Shown here: positions 1 through 16,439 of the stretch, piece after piece
Layout: the number at the start of each line of letters is the position of its first letter
Position numbering within the stretch: position 1 is the first letter of the stretch
Assembly (NCBI RefSeq): GCF_009914755.1
Contig: NC_060928.1
Strand: one strand, 5' to 3'
DNA length: 64,000 nucleotides
DNA from: the human T2T-CHM13v2.0 reference genome, Homo sapiens
Notes under the pieces: model-generated
Databases searched by the model: none
The model's input: the letters and a program-made list of their open reading frames with translations, nothing else
Told to the model about the DNA's origin: nothing
Position numbers and translations under genes: made by a program

Positions 1-300
<300 letters not shown>

Positions 301-524
301 TAGTATTTTTAAGAAATAAAGAAAAAGTGTAAGAATGTATTTAGGCCAAAAGAAACCTGGAAGTCTACAGAGAAAACTATTATCAGTGGTTACCTGGAGG
401 GAGATGTATGGACTGGGCATATGGGGAAGAGTGGTAGAAAGGAGACTGTGGTGCATGTACTTTTATATAAATTATGTAAATGTATTACTTATTCAAAACA
501 TTAAATTAACAAAAGAAAAATAAA

Positions 525-607
525 AGCTGATGTCAGCTCCCAAAGATTGTAATTCAGTAGTTCTGAGCAGGGCTCAGGGGAATCTGCATTTTCAACAAGC
601 TCCCCCA
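525..607. mobile_element. MER5-like hAT-Charlie DNA transposon fragment
   Basis: AATTCAGTAGTTCTGAGCAGGGCTCAGGGGAATCTGCATTTTCAACAAGCTCCCC resembles the recalled MER5 core. Confidence 0.6.
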
Positions 608-2369
608 CCCTCCCATCCCTTCCTGGGTGGGGTAGATCACCCTCAAAAATCACTGTCACCACTACCTCTCCTGACCCCAAAACGCCACAAACCGCGTAAC
701 GTTGGGATAGTTCTCATTTGGAGCACAAGCAAATGGGCAGGCACATCACAGAAACTAATGGCAGAGTTTTCAGTAACATTTGACACCACTAACAGCTGCC
801 ACCCAAAAGGCAGCCTCCTTGTGTGGAAGAACAGCAGAAATTTCATCTACCCTTCAGTTTCATCCCCACAAGCAAGCAGGACCAGTAAAAGGAGTGTCCT
901 CTCTGTCTAAGACATTTATATATGTTGGGTGTTTAGACTAAATTTCAGACTTCTAAACATTCACAGGTTTAGCGAAAGTAGTTGGAGGGGCTTCTTCAGA
1001 TTTCTGCGCTCATGGTGATCATATACTGAAACCCTCCAAATTTTTCCTTCCTCTTTCGCCCAGGCATTTTAATTAATACAATGTCCTTCCTAATTCACAG
1101 AGGAAAGATCTTTCTAAGAACCCTTGCTGGAGATGAGAAAGGTGGTAAGGATCTGAAATGTGTCTTAGCAAGACTCACCCAACAGGGCCACCCTGCTTCA
1201 TTGTGATGCCTTTCAGATAAACGAAGTATTCGGCTCTTGTTATTCAATGACCCTAATAAAACTTTACAACTGAAGTGTAGAGGAAAAAAATAAATAAAAA
1301 GATCTAATGACATACAAGAAGGGACTGAACCTGTCAACCCCAGAATATTTTCAGTCTGAAAAGCAACCTCATCCTTATTAACTTTACATTGATTCCCAAA
1401 GAGCGGAAAATTTAATAAGGAAGAAAAAATTCAATATTTCATGACTCACCACTTCCTCGGGATAATAAATACGAACTAAAGATATATACACTGAACGCTT
1501 TTAACATTTTATTTTCACTTCAAAAAATACTGTTTGCACTATCTCTACTATTGACCTCTCAAGATGATTCTATTTCCGGAACGCATTTTTTGATATGGTT
1601 TCTAATTCAAAAATCTGTCACATCTTTGATATTTCATAGGCTCCATTAAAATTAATAGCTTCATGGGTCCCTCATGAGTTTCTTCCTTAAATTTTCAAAC
1701 GGTTTGTGGTCTGTTTCTCAGACTGGCCAATGACAAGCAGTTCTGGGACTGGAAGATGGAAGTAGTGAAATAATCTTTAAAAATGTGTAAAAATTAAGCA
1801 CTGTCTGCCAGGGGCTTTAGAGTTGGCAAATAGCTAGGTCTTTATTAAACGGTTGGTTTTGTTTCTCCTGTTGTTTCTTCCTGATATCCGTCTGTGTGGT
1901 AACTGAGTCACTATGACATAATACCGCAGAGAAAGACTGCAGGACAACCAGACGTACACATGTTCATCCCTCAATGAGTCGCAACCTTGGGTCTGTTCCC
2001 TAGACATTGGTGGAAAGACTTGATTAATGGCAGACTTGTTCAACATAAAAAAGAACAAAGACCAGATTTATTCTTGGCATTCCCTTTCCTAGGGGCTTAC
2101 TTGTAATGGGGTAATTAATTTATGGCTTTGCAGTAAGGCGGCATCAGAGGAGCAATTTAACTCACAAGAGGTAACGCAGATGGAGAGTACAACTGAAAGA
2201 TACCTTGTGTGGAAGGGTACAGAAGGAACCTCAAGCTGGACGTTGATTTCTTTTATCAGTAATACAAATTCACTACTAGCTGCTTCTTGGATTTCCCCCC
2301 TTGAGAGCTGCAACGTTTCCTAAATGAACAGAGGTCTTTAGGGAATGCCTCAAACCACAGCTGAATGGG

Positions 2370-3130
2370 GAGTGGCTTTAGAAATCGCCGGTGGAACTTG
2401 CCTGTTACCTTCTTACAATTCCCCCCGCCCCTGGGCAACGCAAAAGCCGTCCTAAGTGCGATAAGAGCATGGAGTGAAGGGAGTTATTTCTGGAGTTTAG
2501 CAGCATTCCTCCCCAGGACACACCCTCTCCCCCTCCCCAGCAGCCCGGCACTCCGACACACTCCGCGCACACGCGCCCCTCGGCGAGACGCGGCGCATTC
2601 GCGCGCTGGAGACCGGCGGCCTCTCACCGAGCCTGAGTCGTGGCCGCTGCGCCGCCAGGAGGCTTCCCGGGAGCCGGCGGGGCCCAGGACCTCTCGAGCG
2701 CAGCAGGCAAGGGGCCGGCCTTTTGGCAGCGCGGCTGCCAGTTAATTTTCTCCGTTGCATTCTGCAAACGAGATCGCATTCAGAGCCCAGAAGTTGCAAG
2801 CTGGGAATAAGCGAGATCTGAAAGACCCCCAAGAGGAGCTTGTTTGGGAGTGGGGGCAGACGGCGTTTTGCGCCCAACTGGTAAGTGGCAGCATTAAATC
2901 TATGCAGACATGGAGGAAATAAAGCTTTGCAGCCTTTCCAGGCAGTGGCATGCAAGTACTCGTGCGAAGAGTACTGTTTGGGGTGTTTAGTTGTAGTGGA
3001 CTCAGAATACCGTGTTCCGCCACGGTTTTCCTAATCCCTTCTTCGGACTCCTCTTTGGGGGTTGGCGGGGGCGGGTCCTGCTTCGCGGGACTTTTCTGTT
3101 GTTGGAGTTAGGGTGGGGGAGGGGAGAAAG
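2370..3130 (+). promoter_or_regulatory. PALLD: CpG island / internal alternative promoter of PALLD
   Basis: Sharp rise in CpG density at 2540-2740 in an otherwise CpG-depleted window. GC boxes at ~2422 and ~3064, MCAT motifs at 2078, 2342 and 2504, and a consensus splice donor immediately downstream. Confidence 0.85.
2590..2880 (+). other. PALLD: Non-coding alternative first exon of PALLD (start approximate)
   Basis: Perfect donor CTG|GTAAGT at 2880/2881 at the edge of the CpG island, and no ATG in 2581-2880. Fits the known internally initiated palladin isoform that lacks Ig1. Confidence 0.75.
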
Positions 3131-6100
3131 GCGTGAGGTTGAATAATCTCTCCTACCCACCTCACCCTTTTTTTTTTCCATTAAAAAAAATGATACTTTT
3201 AGAGAAGCTTCTCTTTCATGTGTTTAACTTGCCTGCTGCGATTTGAGCCCAATGAGTTTGTATTTTCTCTAATTACTTTGTAATCGGCTCCATCCTCGGT
3301 TGAAATAGAAGGAAACTTTCACAAAGCAATCAATTTCTGACAGCCTAAGAGCTGCTCAGTTGCTGAATGAGGTCTAGCTGGAAACACTTTGTTTCTCACA
3401 AGGTTTTGGTGATTTTTCCCATGAGAAATCTGGGCGTTTTCACACCTGTTGCTTTTCAGTTGCCTCAAAATTGTTTGCTTGTTTGTTTGTTTTCTTGGGT
3501 TTCACTTGATTGCAGTTCTTTGTCTAACCAAATCCAATGCTACTTTCCCGGTTCTCCTCTCCCTTTGGACGGGGTCCCTGTTGTTAGCATTCAGTTGGCG
3601 GTGGTTCTTAGGGAACAAGTGGCAGGCAGAATACAATAGGGAAGAATGCATTCCTGATGACTCCTCTACCATGGAAAGACTGAAAAACTGACATTCTCCA
3701 TTAGTTTTTATGGAAAGCATTGCTGACGCTTATAAATATTCAATTTTGGTGAGTTCCTGAAATTATTTAATCCAGAAGTAACCAGCATGACTTTTACAGA
3801 GAGAGTTCCCCTAATCTATTTGCATTACAAGCATAGAGACCCTGGCACCTGAACACCCCCAGAATGCTGAAGTCACCTTTCACTTCACTGGCAGGTAGGC
3901 TACTGACAAGGAAAGGGGTGATGGAATGTTAGGAGAGGGGCAGCGGGGAAGACCCCCTGAGAAGGGGGCTGTCCTCCAAGGGACCAGCATGATTTCAGCT
4001 TTCTGATGATTAAGAAAATCATCAGGATATTGGAGTGTAATTTAACATCCTAGTAGGTTAAGTTGAATTCCTGTCCACATGATGAAAAAGACTTTCTATC
4101 AGCCCTTCTCACACTTCCAAGTGGAGCTCAATGGAATGCTTGTTTATTTCTGTTGCCGATAAATCCATGGGAAATCTCTGCTGAACCCAGCAATTTTAAA
4201 AAAGCAAGTTCCAGCTTATAATTGCCCGTATAATGGCAAACAGGTTATTTTCAGTAACCTAAGACTCTTACATTTCCCCCCGCGGTTGTTATAGGGGTTA
4301 CATGAAGATGTTATGAGCATGCATTTGAGCTTACCCACCCCCAACTGAAATGGAAAGTTATCCTTGGGTGTCTGATGGAAAAGATTGTTGCCAGATACCT
4401 TAGGAGGCTATAAAATAACATGTTTCTGAAAAGATCATAACTAGTAGACATGAGTGTCTATAGCTACTATATAATTTTTCATTGTTCCTTTAGGAAAGAG
4501 ACCTACTTTGATCACTACAGTGTTTACATTTGTTGTTTATTTGTTGTATGGTTTTTCTGAGTCTTTTTTCTTTTCTTTTTGCTATTGAAAATCTCCCTTC
4601 ATTTAAATGAAATCACAGACTAGAAATAGCAATGATTGCTCTCTAGGGCTAAAATTAGAAACTACAAGAGACTTTTTAGACACATCCCTCTTGTCTCATG
4701 GAAGGTTCTGCCGAGTTTTCTTTAAAACTCCCACTTAAGCAATTATTGTAAGATGATGTTTACTCTGTAAAATAGCATTTTTATTTGGACAATTTTTTTC
4801 CATCAAGCTTTAATCATACTTTGCCAATGCATATTGAACTTTGTTTCTCTGAGGTGCCTAAAGGGACATCCAATACATTTACCATCCCTTCAAAGTCTGT
4901 ATACTTAGCTCTTTGAACAGTTTCTTAAAAAAATAATAATAATAAATAAACAAAAGCTCCAATGGCACTTGCAAGAGACAAGACTGGGTCCTGTGATGTG
5001 ATGGCAGATGGCAGTTGCATGAGCTTTGTTTATGCTCAGAACAAGCTCGGTGTCTCTTAAATTAATCATGAATTGAATAATTGATTTCTCACACCTTGGG
5101 CTGCATTTAATCTTCAGCTGTACATTTAAAGATAGGTTATGATTGAGGTCTTGTTCACTTGGACGTCCTTTCAAAGCCTATCAAGTGATTTTACAGTTGG
5201 GTCATTTCTAATCGTAACACATATTATAAAATGTAATGACATAAACTTCGAGCTTTCCTGGCTTTTCAATTTCCAAGATGGGCTTCAGTGACCTTCCCAT
5301 TTGTTGGTCAGCCCCAAAGATGGTGGGGCTAATGGATACAGTGGTTTTTCTGTAAATGTAATTAAACGTGCCTCTGCCAGCTGCCTGTGGTATTTGTGAA
5401 TGTTTTCGTAAGAAAAGCTGTTCTTCGACTTTATCTGCCCACTGTGGTTTGTGGCATGTTGTGCTATTCTGCAGCCTTGCAGTTTTTTTCCTGAATGATT
5501 GGGCTATGATGTCATGTGCTATCTCAGCGCAGAACCTTTTCAAAGCTTTGCTGGGGTCTGTGTGCCTGAGCGAGGGGAGTGGAGGCTCCCTCAGAGCGCA
5601 CTTGGTAGCGACTCCCCGTCTACTCCAGCACATTCCATCGCCTGGAGACCAAAGCCACCAAATGATTTGCGGTCAGAGTGATTTGGGGCTGGTTAGAGAT
5701 GATTTAAAAGGAAGGTTATGGGCATATGAAGTGTAGCGTAAAGAAAATATATTTTACTACTTTATTGAGACCACATGGCTCCAACTTGAACTTTTTTTTT
5801 AAACATGGAAATTGTTGGCTGAACTGGCTCACAGTGTTTTTTCCCTTTTTTTCATTTTTATTGCTCTGAGCGAAGAGCTGTACTCCCTATTTATTATATG
5901 CTTGACCTCTCCATTATTTCTGAAAGTTTGAAAAGCTTTTTATGTTTAAAGAAAACAGGAAAACGTAGGATTTATCTGTTGTGCTCTTCAAGGGCCAAAT
6001 ACCATTGCCAGAGAAGAGACCCAACTCTCTCCAATAACTGAAAGAAGGTTTCTTTCTCATGTCAAGCTTGGGAAGCCATCAGTTATGAAAGAGACAAGGG

Positions 6101-7019
6101 CCAGTCTGTCCCAGGGTACCCGAGGGCCACAGCATATCAGTACTGACAGTGTATCCATGTCTCTTGTTGACTGGGAGAGATGGTTTTGCTCAACCTCCTA
6201 AGGGTTCAATATACCCTACGATTAATAATGGGGCCAAATAAAGCATGGTCGATCTTTTCCAATGCCAGAATGGTGATGCTAGGGCTCAGAGACCAGGGGC
6301 TCCTTCTCATTAGCGGTCCATGGGAACACATAACACTTGGGTGCAACACTTCGTTTGTGAGACTAAGCAGCCATCTCCTGCCTCTCCTATGTGGGCTACC
6401 ACAAACTGGCACAGTAAACCACCTATTACCTCTGAACAGGTTCCCAAATCTCTGTCCAGCATGAACTTAAAGTATCTATTATCACTTCACTCTGTGGCTC
6501 AGGTTCATCCTATTTCAATCCTCAAGGCATATGCCATAGTCTAATAGTCCATTACAAGCTATCAGATAGCCAGCTCCAACTTGCAATTCGGTGTTATGAC
6601 ACTAGCTAGAGAAGTGCCATGGAAAGCATGTTTGTGAGCATGCCCAGTCCCTTGGCAGCCATCAACCCAGGGTCTGAGGGCCATGACTGTGATGTAATGG
6701 AAGGCCTGAGATCTTCCCACCAACCCTTCATGGTTGCTGGTCTGTGATCCATCTGAGCCAGCCTGGATTCCCGCAGTTTGAGTCTGTGTGTGTGTCCAGG
6801 GATTTAAAGGAAAACATGTGGAGACCAAATTAGTGTGGCACCTGATGAGAAAATCTTATAGAATTGGAAAAATGTCAAGAAGGCAACATTGTATGATGGA
6901 AATCAAACTACATTGGAATTGAGGATCCTGGTTTTGCCACTATGTGACCTTGAACCAGCTATTTAGTAATGTAACATTGATAAAGCACTGTATTACATTT
7001 GATCATTTCCTTCCCAAAT

Positions 7020-7530
7020 ATGACATGTGATCATCAGAACCACATTTGGAAGCAGGTAGGGCAGGTGGCGTTATTTCCATTCTGCAAGTATGGAAACTGG
7101 AGCTCTAGAGGTTAATGACTTGCTCAAGGTCACAAAGCATGTGAGTGGTAGAATTTGACCTCAAACTCAGAACTTCTGCCAGACACGGTGGCTCATAAGC
7201 ATGAGCCTGTAATCCCAACACTTTGAGAGGCCAAGGCAGGAAGATCACTTGAGGCCAGGAGTTCTGACACCAGCCTGGGCAACATAGTGAGACCCCATCC
7301 CTGCAAAAAATAAAATTAGCCCAGTGTGGTGGTGGGTACCTGTAGTCCTAGCTGCCTAGGAGGCAGAGGCGAGAAGATCGCTTGAGCTCAGAAATTCGAG
7401 GCTGCAGTGAACTACTATTGTGCCACTGCCCTCTAGCCTGACTGACAGAATGAGACTCTGTCCCAGAAAGTAAACAAAAAAACCCAGAACTTCTAACTTC
7501 AAATCTCATGATCTGTCCACCATAGCAAGC
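7020..7530. mobile_element. MIR split by an AluJ insertion
   Basis: GGAAACTGGAGCTCTAGAGGTTAATGACTTGCTCAAGGTCACA is the MIR core; the MIR resumes after the Alu. Confidence 0.7.
7178..7482 (+). mobile_element. AluJ SINE
   Basis: Diverged Alu dimer (GAGGCTGCAGTGAACTACTATTG); TSD CAGAACTTCT at 7168 and 7485. Confidence 0.9.
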
Positions 7531-8625
7531 AGCCCTCACAATTCTCAACCTCTATAGAACTCACTCTCCTCATTTGCAAAAATGAGACATTTGGCCCAGA
7601 AAATTACAGGCCATTCCAGCTTAAAATTCTGTGTCTGATGAATCACTGGCTGGAAGGGACTTTAAGAAATCACTTAGTCATATTCCTTGCTTCCAGAAGG
7701 ACTCTATCTAAACTATTTTGAAAAGAAAATATCAGCCCTTTTCTTACAGTCCCAGTGCAGAAAAGGGCCCCAGAGAGTGTCCAAGTGCATTTGGGAGTGA
7801 GAAAGAAACGAGGAGCTACAGAGCCAGTGCTCAGCAGGGTGATCCATTTCTTGGGCTCAGAAGCAGTGAGTCTTGCCTCCCTGGATGTGAATGTTCAGCC
7901 CTGAGATCAATATCTGAAGTAGGAGAGGAGAGTCACAAGCATGCTTTGCTGGTTAGAAAGGAAGTCTGTAAGAGAGATCAGAAAACTGGTAACTCTGTGA
8001 AGAGGAAAAGAAGAGCTAAGTGACTCAGTAATGATCTTAAAGTTTATTAAGGACTCCTGGAGAGTGCGATGACTACAAATCAGTGGTAATGTTTCTACTT
8101 AAAGATAGAAACGGCAGAATCCTGCTCATTCAGCAGGTGTGACAAGCAGAAAGCTATGCTAATCTAGCCTTACTTTGCTTGTATCGGAGGGGTTGGTGGC
8201 AGAATGGGAGTGAAAGGGGCTTCTCCCTGAAGACGGTGCCTAGGAGCCCCACTCCAGTCTTCCCTTCTCTCTCAGCACAGTTCTCAGCCGGCTGGTGTAC
8301 CAGTTAGTGTCTAGTAACCTTTCTAGGACAAGGGACTACCAGTAGACAACTACCAGCAAGCACAGCAAGTTGCAAGTTCAGTCTCACATTGCTCAGCTAA
8401 CCCGGTTATAATTTTAAAAACTGATTTGGCTCCATGTTCTTCCTATGTCACTCCCATGAAATAGATGTTACTTTTTATTTAAAAAAAAAAAAAAGTAGTG
8501 ACTGAGATCAGAAGACAAGTAATTATCACAACTCTACAACTTACAGAGCTTAGACAAGGCATTTCCTACTCTGGGTCTTGATTTCTCATCTGTGAAATGG
8601 GCTAACAATAGCCACTTCAAAGTTA

Positions 8626-9024
<399 letters not shown>

Positions 9025-9489
9025 TCAGGCTTTTCTGTAAACCACAAGGTCACAGATGTTTCTTTTTATTCTGCCTTAATTCCATTCCCAAGCCAAAATC
9101 AGAATCACAGCAGTTTATCCTCACTTACTATGTGTCAAGCACATAACCACCTTTAATCCTCACAAAAATATTATGAAGTAGATATATTACCCCTATTTTA
9201 TTATCTGGAAACTATATTCTCACAAAGATAAGCATCTTGCCCAAGATCACATGGCTACTAAGTAACAGAGACAAAGCGGAAACCAAGGCTGTCTCAAGGC
9301 AAAGCTGTGCTCTCAGACCTTCAGGGCTCTGAAGAACTGGGGCCCTGTCCTACCTGAGTACAGCCCCAGTCCTCTTGGTTTCAAGTTGCAGTTGATCTCC
9401 TGGCAGGCCTTCCAGGGGGTCTCCTCAGCTGTTCTGAGTCTAGATCAGGTCCTTTGCTTAGTCCCTTAGCTAAAGCTTCATCTTAATCC

Positions 9490-9838
9490 ATAGTTTAGTC
9501 CATTCTGGCGGCTATAACGAAGTACCATAAACTGGATACATTATAAACAACAGAGGTTTATTGCTCACAGTTCTGAAGGCTGAAAAGTCCAAGGTGAAGG
9601 TGCCGGTAGATTCAGTGTTTGGTGAGGGCCCACTTTCTGGTTCATAGATGGTGCCTTCTTGCTGTGATCTCACGTATTGGAAGAACTAACTAGCTCCCTT
9701 GGGCCTATTTTATAGGGGCACTAACCCTATTCATGAGGCTCTACCCTCATAACCTAATCACCTCCCAGAAGGCCCCACTTCCTAAATACCATATGAATTT
9801 GGGAGGGGGGGCGGGCCATAAACATCCAGACCATAGCA
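9490..9838 (-). mobile_element. MLT1A-like MaLR solo LTR
   Basis: AAACAACAGAGGTTTATTGCTCACAGTTCTGAAGGCTGAAAAGTCCAAG...ACCTAATCACCTCCC...CAGACCATAGCA matches the reverse MLT1 consensus. Confidence 0.85.
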
Positions 9839-10497
9839 ATCAGCTTACCCCGATTCACACTCCACCGTCTCCTCTCTTTTTCCTGTCCTTATTCCTAGGT
9901 GGCTTGCTGACCCCTCTCATGTTCCTCTCCCACTCCACACATTCCTCTTTGGAACATCCTACATTCTCTTCCCCACCTTTCTCTCAGAAGCAGATACTTC
10001 CCCATAAGGATCTTGTACCTCTCCCCAGTTTTCCCAGCCCATGACATTAGCCCATCAAGCCTAGATCAAATGCCAATTTCCCCAGCATGTTTACTGTGTT
10101 TCCTTTCACTGGAAATAAATTTTAGCATGTTAAAGACAGCCTCTATATTACTTATGAATATCACAGAATGTGAATTTTCAAAACTGTGAAAACCACAGAA
10201 GTCATTGCTCAGTTGCCTTTATTTTATAGATGAGGAAACTGAGGCCCAGACAAGTTAATTTACTGCCCACAGTTATAACTGTAGGCTAGAGCTGGAGCTG
10301 ATTCCAAATGCAGTCAGTATTGTTGTCAAAATAGTTTAAACTGGGCATGTTATTGTATCCGCATCCTCCAGTCTGGTGTGGCCCCTTGGTCAAAGTTTGG
10401 AAAGGAGTTTCGCCCTTGCCACAACAGTCTGATTGGACTCAGACCATGAATCATAAGAAATGTTTTCTTTTACTTAAACCTGTTCACTCCTCAATAG

Positions 10498-10823
<326 letters not shown>

Positions 10824-10859
10824 TGCCACTCAACTTTAATTTGTGGCCAGGAAGAGTTA

Positions 10860-11340
10860 AGTCTCCCCTTAGCTTGCCTGTCTTTTAGGTTCAATAATAC
10901 CAGATCTTTTTGCTTTTTCTCACAGTTCTTGTTCTCCAACAATTTCATCATCTTTATTTCTATCTGTTGAACTATATCCAAGTGCTCCATGCATCTCAAA
11001 CTGTGAAGTCCAGAAGTGGACAAAGAAGTCTCATGAAGGTATGAGAAAGTGACGATGACCTCACAATTCCTTCAAACTGTGCTTCCGTTGGTGCGGCCAA
11101 CTTTCATGCTCGTGTTTCAAGCGATAGCCGGGCCTCACTGGCTCAAGTTCAGCGTATTATCCTCATTTGGCTGGACACTGCTTAGCCTGTGTTTGTGATA
11201 ATGATTGTTTCCTCCATGTAGCATCCAGAACTTTTCCGATTGAGCTTTTTTCCCTTTGTTCCTGACTACTACTCCAATTCATCAACTCATTTGGGACTCT
11301 AATCCTATTCTTCCACCTCTTAATTCTTAACCCCAGCTAC
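10860..11340. mobile_element. Ancient L3/CR1 LINE remnant (probable)
   Basis: Weak resemblance to CR1 ORF2 sequence (TGTGAAGTCCAGAAGTGGACA, CACTGGCTCAAGTTCAGC). Confidence 0.35.
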
Positions 11341-11906
11341 TGTCCCAAGTAGCTTAGCACATTAAAAGTCCCTGGAATTCACCCCTGAGACTTCTGGCCC
11401 CTCAAAGCACTTCTCCCTCATGGCTCCAGGATTGGATAAAGCCAGTAGTCCATCTCCCAGTACACACAAGGCACTCACACAAGGTTATAAGTTCTGGATA
11501 AAATAAGAGATCACCAGAAAGCCTTCCAAGAGGCATGTAGCTAAGGGTCATTACATGGGTAGATTCAGAGATAACTGACTACACTTAGACCTAACTTGGG
11601 TATGATGGTGGGAGTCTCCAAGATTTTCCTTTGGCTCAGAAATGTGATAATTATGAATATTTGCACTTATAAATCACTTATCTCCATTAGCGTAAGCTAC
11701 ACTTATAATGATATACATTACCCCAGTTTACAGATGAAGAAATTAAGGCTCAGTGAGGTTAAGGTCACACAGCCCAGATTAGTACTTATGTTTCCTGTCT
11801 TTAAATTCCTTGAACTTTCTGTATTTCAGCAGGTTTTAAAATCTTAGAATTCCTAAAAATCCCGTGTGTGAGTTGGGTATGGTGCTTTTGAAAAATAGAG
11901 ATTCCA

Positions 11907-12276
<370 letters not shown>

Positions 12277-13234
12277 TTAATAAGCACCGTAGAGGGTTTT
12301 GAGTAAGCCTTTGCATGCCATACTTGAAGAAACCCTCTCCTAAACTATGCTGTCTAGGCCAGACCCTTTAAATACTACAGATCTACCTTTGCCCTGGGAT
12401 AAAGCTGGCACATAAAAACCAGCCACAGAAACCTCCTGATCCAGACAGTAGCTCAGAGGGCTCTCTGATGACCCTAAGACCCAGGACTGTGGTGCTCAGA
12501 GCCTGCCACCAACCCTGGTTCCGTCCTGTTTTTGTCCTCTTCAGTTTTGCTGACGCATTGAACTCCTCTCTTTAGAGCACTCTGCTTTGATCCCACTCAG
12601 GTCTTAGATATGCTCTCACCCCTGATTTTGTCGGCCTCGGCTGCTCCAGATGAGAAAGCCTATCTCCCTAAGGCCTTTCCAGATGCCGCTGTAAAATGGA
12701 TCTGAAACCTGACTCATGAGAGACAATCTGAAGACTTTATCTGGGGAACTTTCTACTCCCGTGCACCCCAGCTGGGCAACATTTACAAACTGCTCTGAGG
12801 GAAAGCTTCACAGCCAGTTTCCCCAGAGAGGCATAGTGGTTCTTACAGTCCTACTAAACTAAGTTTACAATCTATTGTTCCTGAAAAACCAGATACTCCA
12901 GGAGGCGGATAGATGACTAGGGAATGGACAGCGCAATGAATGTTGATTGGGCATGCACAGTACACAGGCACTGCACTGATTTCTTTCCATGAGTTGTGTC
13001 TTCGTCTCCTTTCACCCATAAGGAGCACAGCCAGGATGGTTTCACCTGGTGCCTGCTCTCTACTCCCAGGGCACTTAGGGATTGTGTGTTCCTTGGATTA
13101 CAAACATAGCCCTGCTACCTACACATCCCTCGGGTCTTTCAGGATCACAAAATGTGCAAGTGGTCTCTGGCTGGATTCTCTTATGTGTGTTTTATCAAGG
13201 AACAAGTAGATTCCTGATGAAAAAAAGTTTTTAG

Positions 13235-13846
<612 letters not shown>

Positions 13847-14739
13847 TGAAGAGAAATTCCCAAACATAAGTCTCCTGAGTGATTGTCAGGTGTATACCTT
13901 GCCTTATTGTTAGCAGACGTGAAAGCTCTTTGAGAAGACAGCAAAGTATTTGGAGCTGGAAGGAAAGGGGTGTTTGGAGCCTTGTTAGAGACCAGCTGTA
14001 GAGCCTTAGAATGTTCTCTATATAGGAAAGCTTACATTGTGCTGAAAGAAACAGTTGCCTATTGGGTTATAACTTGGCGAGTTATGTAATGATACAAATG
14101 TTGGATGACTTGTTAAAGGATCTGAGAGCATTATGGCAAAATTCTATACCCTATCCTTAATTAGATCAAGTTAAACTGAAAGGGAAAAGCAGTCTGGTTT
14201 GCTAACCACAGTGGAAGTATTGCTTTCGGGTGGAATTCATATCCGGATTGCATTGTCTGGCTTGAGGATAATACACAGGAAGCAATCTGGAGTTTTTCTT
14301 TCTTTTGGTTTTGATATTTCAGTTACAAGGAACTTGAAGTCTAGGAACTGGCTTTGCAATGTTAACAGTTATCACAGCCAGCTAGCCAAAATGTCCCTGT
14401 TTAAGATCTTGCTGTTTATCATAACATGAAGTGTGCTCTATGCCGTGTATGATTTCCAATACACATGTGTTAGTAATTACTACCAATATGAGTATCTACC
14501 CAGCCATTAATCAAGGCACCCAACACATCCTGCCAATGTACTTTGAAACTTTATCTGCTGAAAAAGCAAAATTCCCCTCCGCTAATGAACACTTTTAGGA
14601 AAGCAGGCTGGTTAAGAGTGTCTGAAGCATTTGAGTGACAGCTCCAGAGAACTCCCATTTATGACCGCAGGTGACCTAGCAAAAACTGGGAAATATAAGC
14701 ACAGTTCTACATTTTAGTTTCTCCTAAAGATCATCAGTT

Positions 14740-14960
14740 TAATAATAACAGTTGGCCTTTACTGAGCCCTGATCAAAAGTCTCTTGACATGTTTTTTCTC
14801 CTTTAATAATCCCAGGACATAAGGTCTGTTAATATCCCTACTTCCCGATTAGGAAACTGAAGCTCAGAGAGGCTAAGTAGTTTGCAAAAATTCATTCATG
14901 GAGGAAATGACAGAGCCAGGGTACTAACCCTGGTGTGCTGACTCCGGAACTCATGCTTCT
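14740..14960. mobile_element. MIR
   Basis: AGGAAACTGAAGCTCAGAGAGGCTAAGTAG core. Confidence 0.7.
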
Positions 14961-15024
14961 TGGATTCCATTCTTCTTTCAAAACCGCTTGGTGCCTCCAA
15001 AGAGAAAAATGGTTTGGTAATTAG

Positions 15025-15369
<345 letters not shown>

Positions 15370-15784
15370 GATGTTGATATCTTTCAAACATTTATTGAGC
15401 ACTGACCTTGTCCCAAGGGGTTAAACAGACCATATCACTGAATCCACCCAATAAACAAATAAGGTAGGTTGTAGCATCTCTGTTTTACTGTCAAGTAACC
15501 ACCTGTTCCGTCCCATCATCCAGCGTTGCCCCTGTGGCCCTAAGGGTTGACCGACTTTCTGTTTGAGTGGAGTATGTAAATAGGACCAAAAAGCCATGTG
15601 GTAGTTGTAGGAGAGAGGACACAGCAATGGAAGCCCAAAAGTGTGGTTCTCATCCTGGACACCATCATTCGTGATAACTCTCTTCATCTCCTCTGTACCT
15701 GTGTTCCTTTTTCGTGCCTATAGTATTTCCTTTAACTAAAGTGGAAGTGTTATCTGAAGTTTCATGAAAATAGCATATGCATCA

Positions 15785-16121
<337 letters not shown>

Positions 16122-16439
16122 TCAGGATCTTCCACTAAATATCAGTATTCAAATTATGTAGCCTTTTTGACCCTCAGTATCCCAATCCGTAAAATGAAGG
16201 CAATAGTACCCAGCTCTAAATGTTGTTGTAAAGATTAAATGAGACAACACCTATGGTATGTGCAGCACAGTACCTGATATGTATCAGTAGTAGGGCCCTT
16301 TAAATGTCACTTCTGTCCCTCTTCTCAACTCCCCACCTCACCACCCGTATTAGTAAGTAGTGCTTACAATACAGATAAGATGGGGTGTTTGCGAACAGCG
16401 TCGTGCCATCCACAGTGTCACTTATCGGGCGGCAATATC

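Noticed and set aside
2365-3023. Overlapping 93-152-aa ORFs at the CpG island
   Set aside because: Stop-codon depletion in GC-rich promoter DNA; no recognisable protein, and they cross the TSS or splice donor.
4001-4027. 9-11-bp inverted repeat CTGATGATT...AATCATCAG
   Set aside because: Short, AT-rich and expected by chance in 64 kb; no snoRNA or miRNA context.
5208-5736. Overlapping 122-141-aa ORFs in unique intronic DNA
   Set aside because: No recognisable homology or convincing exon boundaries; more likely non-coding.
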